Source: Blasia pusilla
Lineage: Eukaryota
DNA: 64,000 bases
Direction: 5' to 3'
Assembly (NCBI GenBank): GCA_050084515.1
Contig: CM114271.1
Coordinates: 45,756,001-45,820,000 of the forward strand
The number at the start of each line of letters is the position of its first letter. The stretch's first letter is position 1. Shown here in pieces: positions 12,735 through 24,000 of this stretch. The position numbers and the translations under genes are program-made. The notes under the pieces are model-generated. The model saw nothing but the letters and a program-made list of their open reading frames with translations, was not told the DNA's origin and did no database searches.

Positions 12735-14764
12735 ACGACCCTACAAGTACAATGACATGGAGAGGGTTTTGATTCTGAGTAGCAGCCAAGACTTGGTCGG
12801 AGCAGACTAGTGGAGATGTTGCATGGAGAGTATGCATCTGTCATTGTCATGCCCATCAAGAAGGATGTGCATGGAAACTGGACGGATAGGTGGATGTGTG
12901 GAGATTACCAACCTATCAATCGATAGACAAAGTTCGATAGGTATGCCAAGCCTACCCCTAAGGAGATCTTTGATATGATTGGGCATACAAAGATCTTCAA
13001 TTCATTGGATTTGAGAGCCGGATACCATCAGCTACCTATCAGATTGGAGGACAGGCAGAAGACGGCATTTTGGGGCATTGATCCTCACAAGAAGGATTGA
13101 TTGTGCCACTGGTAGCTCTTACCATTCGGGTTAAAGAACGCCCCGGCTGAGTTTCAGAGGATCGTGGATAGGATCTTGGCATGTCTTGATTTTGCTAGAT
13201 GTTACATTGATGATGTCGTAGGTTTTAGTGCCACGGTTGAGGAGCATGAACGACATCTAAAGGAGGTGTTTCGACGATTGCATTTACATGGGATGAAGCT
13301 ACATCCAAATAAGTGCAAGTTCTTCTACGACTAGATTGAGCACTTGGGTCATACGATATACCCAGGGGGCCTTGGTATGCAGCAGATGAAGATAGAGGCT
13401 ATTTCATATTTTCCACGCCCTACAGATGTGAGTCGAGTTTGTGCATTCATGGGATTGGAAAACTTCTATTGACGGTACGTCAAGGGTTTCTGTTTGATTG
13501 CACCGCTAACCTTGCTAACCAAGGTGGATTAGGAGTGGCACTGGGGGGATGAGCAAGAGAGAGCATTTAAGCTGCTCAAAGATATATTGACGTCTGTGCC
13601 CATATTTAGGAGATTGATCAGTGGACGTCATTTCCAGTTGCATGCCAATTGGATCATGTTGGGGCTTGGAGCCGTGCTCACCTAGCATGACGATGATGGT
13701 AGAGAGTTTGTGGTGGCTTACGCTAGTCAATCAAACAATGTTGCAGAGGCAAAGTATAGCTTGTATGAGGATGAGTGCTTGGCAGTGGTGTGGCAGTCAT
13801 AAATTTCAGGTCTTATTTATTCAGCAACCCCCTTACCATCATTACCAATCATCAGCCACTTAAGTTGTTGATGGAGTCCGACAAGCTTACAGGGAAGCTT
13901 GCAAGGTGGGCTCTTTTGTGCAGGAGTATAACTTCCAAGTGATGCATAGACCTAGGATGCTCAACTAGGATGCACAAAGTTTGAGCCGTAGCCCATGCTC
14001 GAGTCAGCGAGATGCGATTGGAGCTTGTTGGCATGGTGAGAGTGATGAGGAGTTGATGCTAGGATGGCACGCGTCAGCCTATTTGGGCATGTTGGCTATG
14101 AAGAGCCAAGTTGTTGAGACTTTGGTTGCGAGGTCTGATGGAGAGTCCTTAGATCCAGAGGCTGGTGAGGAGACGATAGGTGGCCGAGATATTCACGACG
14201 AGGGAGTAGTCTTTGAGTACTTACGTACTGGCATCTTCGCGAGCAGAGTGGGTGCTAGAGAGCAGGATCGGATCCTACAGCGGGCCAGACGGTTCCAGTG
14301 GGAGGGAACACATGTGTTGCAAGTTTGGGAGGATGGTAGAGTGTGTGTAGTGCCTCATCCTTTGCAGAGAGCACATTTGGTACATCATGCCCACGAGGAG
14401 TTGGGTCATTTTGGAGTGAAACGGACGTACAGCTTGCTCCACATATAATATTGGTGGCAAGGCATGGAGACTGACATTCAACAGTTGGTTGTCAGATGCA
14501 TGGTGTGTGATCGAGTCCGGGCATCGTTCAATGCTCCGACTCCACACTTGCATCCACTTCCGATCATGGGTTTAGGTTATAGATGGAATTTGGATTTTGC
14601 AAGACCTTTACCTTTTACATAGCGTCAAAGTTCTTATGTATTGGTGATGGTCGAGCACTTCTCGAAGTGGATAGAGTTGGTTGTGAGGATAGCATATGGC
14701 ATGTGTGAGGCCACCTCTCACTAGGGTTCTTAAGGGATGATGGATGTGTTCTAGATGTACATAG
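12735..14764 (+). mobile_element. Degenerate pol of PHD-gypsy family (RT, RNase H, integrase with internal deletion, PHD C-terminal half)
   Basis: LDLRAGYHQL; PFGLKNAPAEFQR; CYIDDV; HEELGHFG..CMVC; INT breaks at FSKWIELV (~14683) and jumps to HMACVRPPL..WMCSRC. Confidence 0.9.
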
Positions 14765-14945
14765 AGTTGGTAATTCTAGATTTTGACTTGTATCTATTAT
14801 ACGGATGAAAAAAAGGCGACTAACGATGGGGCCACTTGAGCTCCCGACCCTTATACTCTTAGCATCCGAGAGATGTATGTTATGGTAGGTATGGATAGAT
14901 AGCTATCTGGAGTTAGAGGGACCTAACCACCAACTAGGGGAGGGA

Positions 14946-16259
14946 TTGGAGATATTTTGGTACTTCTTTTCTTGTTGTTTTGATGCCATGAGTTAGCATG
15001 GGATCATGCGTGTTTGTGTGTATGTTTGTCGAAAATGATGTATGTTGTATAGCGATGTGTATGCATACCACAATTGTCACGACTTTTTAGGATAGATCAA
15101 AGAGATCTGGTAGAGCGCCTTTGTGAGTAGAGGAGGACGGACTCATGAGATTGAGGATGATCTGCCGAGGTTCTGGAAAACCTAAAAGAGCATGTTTTCC
15201 CTTCGTTTCGGCTCATTTGGACCCATATAGAGAAAGTTTATATTTTGGGTAAGTTTCTATGTTTGGTAGAGTTGACTTTCCACTTTGGGAAGTGGCCCTT
15301 GACCCGCTACAACAGGTCAAGAGCCAAGGAGGTCACGACTTTTTAGGATAGATCGGAGAGATGTGGTAGAGCGCCTTTGCAAGTAGAGGAGGATAGGCTC
15401 ATGAGGTCGAGGATGACCTACTGAGGTCCTGGAAAACCTAAGAGAGCATGTTTCCCCTTCGTTTCGGCTCATTGGGAGCCATATAGAGAAACCTACTATT
15501 TTGGGTAAGTTTCCATGTTTGGTAGAGTTGACTTTCTACTTTGGAAGTGGCTCTTGACCCGCTATAGTAGATCAAGAGCCAAGGACATGACCTGTGAGCA
15601 TAGGTTACCGAAGAGAGAGCTTGGGAGAGGGAAGGGGGTGTACCTCAAGGAGAGAGAGCTCGAGGGATCATTCTCTTTTTGTTGAACCTCTTGGCATGAG
15701 GCGGCGGAGCTATGGTTCCTTGCCTTGTGAGTGTAACCAAGGTTGCTTATGGACAAAGTCCGTGGCCGTGGATATGTCCATGTCCATGGACTTATGTCCG
15801 TCTTATGGAAGAACTTGTCTTTATGGGCCCCATCTTTCCTTTCTTTGTGCTTTCCCTTACTTGCCTTCGTATTCCATACTCCCCCATTTCTTCCTCCCTC
15901 CACCTCCACTCCCTCCTCCCTCATTGCTCCACTCATCCTTGACTTGCCTTCCATCATGTACGATAAGTGTGGATCCCACTCTTAGAACCCATGTCCGTGG
16001 ACATGTCCGGACTTACGCCTCCATGTTCGTCCTAAGGAAGGACTTGTTCGTTTTTTAGTGTAATCCAAGCCTTTCCTTAGGAGAGTGGATTTGGTTTGAT
16101 ATTAAGAGAGAGATTGGATCTACTTGATTTGATTGGAGATATTTTGGTTCTTATTGTCTCGTTGTTTGGATGTCATGAGTTGGCATGGGATCGTGTGTGT
16201 TTGTGTGTATGTTTGTCGACAACTATGTATGTTGTGTAGCAATGTATATGCGCACGAAA
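14946..16259 (+). repeat. 3' terminal repeat block X-A-X of PHD-gypsy element
   Basis: X 14946-15072 after AGGGGAGGGA; CA-AT-TGTCACG junction; A 15075-16132 (first ~257 bp duplicated, ~320-bp insert at ~15743-16057); X again 16133-16259. Confidence 0.8.
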
Positions 16260-16449
16260 ATTAACTCAAATTATGACTAAATTGGTTTAGTCACAAAATT
16301 TAGGTTTGTACAACTCACCTAATCATTTGCATATGACTAAAGTGGTTATCAATACCCCTTAGAAAAGACGAGTAATACCTATTTCACTTGCATAGTTATA
16401 TTGAGTCATAAACATCGATTGATATGTTTAAATGATTTCATACTCAAAT

Positions 16450-18000
16450 GTTGTCGTGTTTTTTTATTGCTGTTGGGATATAATTCCTTACCCTAAGTTT
16501 AAATACCATTATTTTATTTGTGTTCTTTGGGTTGGGATGCCCCTTTGGGGGCATTTTTGGTATGAGTATGTTTCCTGATTTTTTGACGCCTAGTTGAAAA
16601 ACCTAGTTCGGGGAGGGTAGAAAAAGAGGTATGGAGAAAACCTTCTTCCAACCATTGGATGGTGATGAAAATTTGTAAAAACCTTTGCATTAAATATCTT
16701 CAAAACTTCAACGGTTTAGATCTGCCATTTAGCCCCCCATACTCATACCAAAAATAGAAAACCTTGTTTAGGGTTTACAATTTTTAATTTGGTCTATGAG
16801 TGGTCATTTGAAGTCTTTTATTTTCCCTTGTTTTTTGTTTATGGAAAAGCTTTATGATTTTTGGACCCCTAGTTGAGGGTGGAGGGGAGAAAAAGGGGGA
16901 TCAAGAGGACTTTCAATAGCATTCTTCAAAGTCGTTGTGTCATTTTGATGTTAACATGGAGTTATCCTTTCTTTCCACCATCTTATGGTGATGAAAAGTG
17001 GCCGGATCCTTTCCAAAAAAATCTCTCCAAAACGTCAATGATTCAAATCTGCTATTTAGCCCCCCATACTCATACAAAAAATGAAAGACCTTGTTTAGGA
17101 GTTACGATTATTAATTCCATGTGTATGTAGTCATTTGAAGTTTTTCCTTTTCCCTTCTGTTCCTGTCATTGGATTTTCCCTTTGGGAAATGTTTCTTGAT
17201 TTTTTGACCGGTTCTCGAGGGTGGAGGGGAGAAAATGGGAGGTCAAGATGGACGAAGAGGACTTACAAAAGGATTGTTCCAAGTCATTGTGTCATTTTCA
17301 TGTTAACATGAAGGTATCTTTTCTTCCCACCATTGGATGGTGATGAAAATTGGCACAAGCCTTTTCAATAAATCTCTACATAAATTAAACAATCAGATCT
17401 GCCATACATACTCATACAAAAAATGAAGAGCCTTGTTAAGGCTTTATCATTTTTAATTCCATTTGTGAATGGTTATTTGAAGTTTTTTCTTTTCCCTTGC
17501 ATTCTTGTCATTGGAGTGCCACTCTTGGAAAATTTTCTTGATTCGAGGACCCCTTGTTTAGGGTGGAGGGGAGAAAATGGGGGTCAAAATGGTTGAGGAG
17601 GGCTATCAACATAATTGTTCCTAGTCCTTGTCTCATTTTGATGTTAACATGGACATCTTTTTTCTTCCAACCATTGGATAGTAATGCAAATTGGCGAGAG
17701 CCTTTCCATTAAATCTCTCTTGACCTTCAACGCTCAGATCTGCCATTTAGCCCCCCATGCTCATACCAAAATTGGAAGACCTTATTTAGTGGTTATTTTT
17801 CTAATTCCATCCGTGAGCGGTCATTTGTAGTTTTTTCTTTTCCCTTGTGTTTGTGTCATCAAAGTGCACCTATGGGAAAAAAATTTGGTTTTGGTTCCCT
17901 GGTTGAGGGTGGAGGGGAGAAAAAGGGGGGCTCAAGAAGGATGAGAAGGACTTTCAATTGCATTCTTCCCAATCGTTGTGTCATTCTCAAGTTTACATGG
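16450..18000. repeat. Diverged tandem array R1, period ~342-346 bp
   Basis: GAGGGTGGAGGGGAGAAAA anchors at ~16875, 17217, 17559, 17905; partial unit at ~16605. Confidence 0.85.
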
Positions 18001-21000
18001 AATATTTTTTCTATTGGGAGCATGACGTAGAAGTGCATGCTCCGACAAGGTTTCATGATTTATGGGCCACCAGAAGAAGAGGTCGAAGAAAGAAGAAGAG
18101 GAGTGTTATAGGTGTAAAGTTCTAAGTCTCCATTGAATTTTACTGGTCTTATCCACGCACCCAAACCTCCCACCGTTGGATGGACATGGAACACGAGGGA
18201 TTTTTAATTCCTTCTAAGGGTGGTCATTTGGAGATTTTCTATGATGCGGAAGTGCATGTTCCAACAAGGTTTCATGATTTATGGGCTAGCGGAAGAAGAG
18301 TGGAGCCAAAAAATGTCGAAGAAAGAGGAAGATGAATGATGTAGGAGTAAGGTTCCATATCTCCATTGAATTTTACTTGTCTTATTCATGCACACCTCCC
18401 ACCGTTGGATGGTCATGAAACATGATGGATGTGGGGTTGGCAATGCCCTCTTGCACATGGACGGTGTAGATCTTGAATATGATTCTCCATACTCAGTTAA
18501 AAATTCCAAAATCTCATGTAGGGTTTTTGATTTTTAATTCCTTCTATGGGTGGTCATTTGGAGATTTTCTATCACACGGAAGTGCATTTTCCAACAAGGT
18601 TTCATGATTTATGGGCCAGGGGAAGAAGAGGGGGGCCAAGAAATGTCGAAGAAGAGGAACATGAGTGATGTAAGAGTAAAGGTTCAAGTCTCCTTTGAAT
18701 TTTACTCATCTTACCCATGTACATGGAGCTCCCACCGTTGGATGGACGTGAAACACAAGGGATGTGGCTTGGCAATGCCCTCTTGCCCTTGGACGGTGTG
18801 GATCTTGGATATCATTCTCCATACTCACTTAAAAATTTGGGAACCTCACTTAGGGTTTTTCATTTTTAATTCCTTGTATGGGTGGTTATTGAGATTTTGT
18901 ATGACGCAGAAGTGCATATTCCAACAAAGTTTCATGATTTATCCGCCAGCAGAAGAAGATTGGGGCCAAATGTCGAAGAAAGAGGAAAATGAATGATGTA
19001 GGAATGAGGTTCCAAGTCTTCCTTGAATTTTACTCCTCTTATTCACGCACCTAGAGTTCCCACCTTTGGATGGACATGAAACACAAGGGATGTGGGGTTG
19101 GCAATGCCCTCTTGCCTTTGGACGGTGTGGACCTTGAATATGATTCTCCATACTCAGTTAAAAATTTTGAAGCCTCATTTTGGGTTTTTATTTTTAATTC
19201 CTTCTATGGGAATTTTTAAAAAAAAACCCGAAATGTCATTTGGAGATTTTCTTTTTATGTTGGGAGCACGACATGGAAGTGCATATTCCAAAAAATTTCA
19301 TGATTTATGGGCCTGCAAAAGAAGAGGGTGGCCATAAAATGTCGAAGAAAGAGGAAGATGAAAAAATGTAGGAGTAAAGGTCCAAGTCTCCTTTCAAATT
19401 TTACTCGTCTTACCCACGTACCCGGAGCTCCCACCCTTGGATGCACGTGAAATAAGAGGGATGTGGGTTTGCCAATGCCCTCTTGCCCTTGGAGGGTGTG
19501 GAGCTTGAATATCATTCTTCGTACTCAATTAAAAATTTTGAAACCTCACTTAGGGTTTTTTATTTTTAATTCCTTCTATGGGTGGTCATTTGGAGATTTT
19601 GTATGATGCGGAAGTGTATGTTCCATCAAGGTTTCAAGATTTATGGGCTAGCAGAAGAAGAGGGAGTCCAAAAAATGTCGAAGAAAGAGGAAGATGAATG
19701 ATGTAGGAGTAAAGGTCCAAGTCTCCTTTGAATTTCACTGGTCTTATCCATGTATCCGGAGCTCCCATCCTTGGATGGACGTGAAACAAGAGGGATATGG
19801 GTTTGCCAATGCCCTATTGCCCTTGGAGGGTATGGAGCTTGAACATCATTCTCCATACTTAGTTTGGAAACCTCACTTAGGGTTTTTTTATTTTTAATTC
19901 CTTCTTATTGAAGATTGAGTTAAAGTCAACGCTCATGAGGCACCTGAACTGCAACATTTGCTACTCACACAAAGTAGGGAAGCTTAATCGTGGTTAGTCA
20001 GTTAAGCGCGATTATCTTCACTAGGGTTAGTTAATCACAATTAGTTTAACTCGAGACTATGGTTAAGATTAGGATTAGGGTTGCTTGTACATACCCTATA
20101 TAATTGAGAAGGGGGCCAGCCTCCATTCATTCTCTCATTGCAAATGTGGTTCTCCATGATGGTGTGTGAGTGCGAGAACCGTTTACCATCAGATATGCTT
20201 CTTTAGTAGTTTTCCACATGGTACTAGAGCGATAGAAGAACATCACTTGAAATTCTTGGTGTTTGAGGAGATAAGAGATGCAAGAGAAGGCACAATTTCA
20301 GTTTGGGAGAAGGAAATTTTGTTCACAACTCAGTGGGTGCAAATTTCAAACGGAGCTTTGACGGTGATAAAACTCTAGAGACATTTTTTAAGGCTTTCCT
20401 GGTCGATTTAGCCATCTCGGTCCGCAACGGCTGCAATGATGCCAATATCTAGTTATAATAATCTTGTAGATCTCGTCGAGAGCTTTCCAACGCATCCAAA
20501 ATTGCTCAATTCTGACATTCTGAGCTCCTGCAGTAGCAATTTCAGTGTAGGAAAGTGCAAGTAGTTAAGAAAAGTTGTGCAATTTGCTCTCTACAGGCCA
20601 ATTTCGACTAGTTCTTTCATACAGTTGATCAATTTTGGAAAATTTCAGGTCGATTTCTTGTAGGAATGATCTATGCTTCAATTGGAGCAATAAAGAGCTT
20701 GAAATTATATTTTTTTTGAGTGAAATCGTTCGTCATGGAATATTCCTAAGTAGCAATCACATGTGAGAAGCTAGATAAGCAAAATTATAATGTCTGGAAG
20801 TTTCGCATAAAACAATCTCTCATGGGTCAAGAACTATGGGAGCTTGTCACAGGTGATGAGGCCAAGCCAGAAGGTGACTCAACAGACTTGAATGTTTGCG
20901 CTTGGAACAAACGCACAAGGCAAGTAATCCACTACATTTCAATAACGATCAATTCGCCAATGATAGGTCGCATTCAAGATGTTGATATTCCGAAGGAGGC

Positions 21001-24000
21001 CTGGGATGTATTGGAAAAGCTGTTCCAGACATCTACAAAGGCCAGAACGCTTCAATTGAAATAGCAATTGAACAAAGTGAGGAAAGAATCGCAGAGCATC
21101 AATGATTATATTTTGAGTATCAAACATATTGTTTATCAATTGAATAGCATTGGAATTACAGTAGAAGATGATGATCTGATCTTGTTCACTCTTCAAGGTC
21201 TTCCCAAGGATTACAAATCCTTCGAGACCTCTATCTCTGTGAGAGAGAAGTATCCAACCTTTAAAGAGTTAGTCCCACTATTAATCAATGAAGAGATGCG
21301 CCTAGTAGGCAGCGGTTGCTCGTCTAATCTACAAGAGAGTGCGTTATTTGCAGGTTATGGATCAAACAGAGGCAAGGGTTGTGGTAGAAACTTCCGTGGT
21401 CATGCTGGATATCAAGCATATGGAAGAAGAGGCACTCAATATAACGTCACTCAATCAACTACTAACCACTACTAGACACAATCACAAGGTAGTGATAGTG
21501 GAAATCGTTGGAATCCAGGTTAGCAATAGAGGGTTCCTAGATCTTGCAATTATTGTCGGATAAAGGATCACTATGCAAAGTTTTGCTTCAAAAAGAAGGC
21601 AGATATGAGAATAGGAGCCTTACAGCAACAAAACTATGTGAAACAACAATACCAAGAGCAGTTCCAAGAACAACAACATTCACAAACGGAGCATCTCTTG
21701 GTCATGACTCATCATATGGAAGCAATGGTCAAGAAAGACTTGACAGCAGATTGGTACATTGACTCTAGTGCATCAAATCATATGACCTCACAAGCTAAAT
21801 AGTTCAGTAGTTTAGGGCCGGTGAAAGATCCTGCAATTGTGCTCATAGGAGATGACACTCAACATCATATCACGCACACTGGTAAAGTTCCAATAACATC
21901 ATATGGTCTTTGTGCTCTTGGAAATATTCTCTATATTCCTACCATTGCAAGAAATCTAATCTCTGTAAGACAAATAGTAGAATAGGGTTATCGAGTGAAG
22001 TTTAACGCAGATGGTTGTTTCATTGAAACAATGGATGATCAGACTACGATAGCCAAAGGAACTAGATCTGGCAGAATGTTCAAATTAGATGTTTCTATGT
22101 TAGAGATTCAAACAAAGAATGTATGGTGGCGGCCAACAAGTCACAAATCTAAATGTGTGGCATAAAAGAATTGGACATATGAATCTTCAAAGATTACAGA
22201 GTCTTTCATCATCCAATATAGTAATAGGACTCCCTAAATTAGCAAGTCCTACTGCGTTAGAGGTGTGTCTTACTTGCCAATTTGGAAAAAAAAACTAGAT
22301 TTTCTTTTCCAAAGCAAGGTAGAAGAGCATCTAGGATATTGGAGTTGATCCACATTGATGTGTGGACAGCATCATAACATAGCCTTAGTAGTTGCCAATA
22401 CTTTGTTTCATTTATTGATGACTTTTCTAGGTATATATGGATATACATTCTGAAAGCTAAGTCAGATGTTTTCTGAATATGCCAAACATTCAGAGTTCTA
22501 GTAGAGAAGCAGACTAGAGAACATATTCTGAAATTGCGTTATGATAGAGGAGGAGAGTATCTTTCAATAGAGTTTGATGACTATTTATGTCAGAATAACA
22601 TCCAATGTCAAGTGACTTGCCGTTACACTCCATAACAAAATGGAGTGGCTGAGAGGAAGAATCGACATATTGTTGAAGCGGCACGAGCTATGTTGAATTA
22701 GAAGAACATGCCTAAGGTGTATTGGGTAGAGGTCAGAGCATATGTAGTCTTCTTGATCAACCGAACTCCAACAGCAAGAGTTCATGATAAAACTCCATTC
22801 AAAGTCTTCACAAGAAGTAAACCTGATTTTTCATTCTTGAAAGTATTTGGTTGTATTTGTTATGCTCATGTTTCTTCTGAGAGACGTCAGAAATTAGACC
22901 CCAAGTCTAAAAGATGTTTCTTCATTGGCTATGCTGATGGAACTAAAGGATATAAGTGCTATATTCCATCCTCTAGGCAACTTATTATTAGTCGCAATGT
23001 TATTTTTTATGAGCTAAAGTCATGGTATGCTCCATCTGAGCCTATTCCACCTCTAAACTTGTCTGTTGAGGGGAAGAACATGACTGTAATCCAATAGATA
23101 TTGTCTTCAACTTCCCCAAGTACTAGTGCAGGATTAGGAGAGGCCTTAGATTCATTAGTTAAATTTGTGAGTCCATGGACGGGAAGAGTACGTATTCAGT
23201 CTATTCACACTATTCAGAGCTCGAGTCAGGTGTCCGAGGCATCTACCTCTGAACAACAACTTCGTAGATCAAGTAGAGTTACACATCCAGTTCATAGATT
23301 CATAAATAAAGGTTTCCTTGCGACACATCATGCATATATGATGACTACCCTTCAAGAACAAGAGTTGAATTGTTTTGAAAAAGCTGTAAGTAAAGTCGAA
23401 TGGATTGAAGCTATGGAGGAAGAGCTTGTTGCATTAAGATATCAACAAACATGGGAGCTGGTTGATATACCTTCCGATAAGGAAGTTATTGGTTACAAAT
23501 GGGTTTACAAAATCAAGTGCAATCAAGATGGTACAATTAACAGATACAAAGCGAGATTGGTGGCTAAGGGCTATGCATAATAATATGGCATCGATTATGA
23601 GGAAACATTTAGCCATGTTGCAAAGATGGCGACTACGAGAACAGTGGTTGCAGTTGTAGTAAGTAAGAAGTGGAGATTACATCACATGGACGTCAAGAAT
23701 GCCTTCTTGAATGGAGATCTATACAAGGAGGTATATATGACTCAACCACATGGATGCGAGCATCCCAAGTTTCCATTTCGCGTATGCAGGTTGAAGAAAG
23801 CTCTATATGGGCTCAAACAAGCTCTAAGAGCTTGGTATGGCAAGATTACATACGTCCTATAAGATTTGGATTTTAGGATATGTGATTCTGACTGCTTGTT
23901 ATATATCTTGAGAGGACAAGATCAAATGGTTCTCATTGTGTTGTGTGTTGACAATCTCCTGATTATAGGGAGTACTGAAGAAATGGTACAACAAGTCAAG

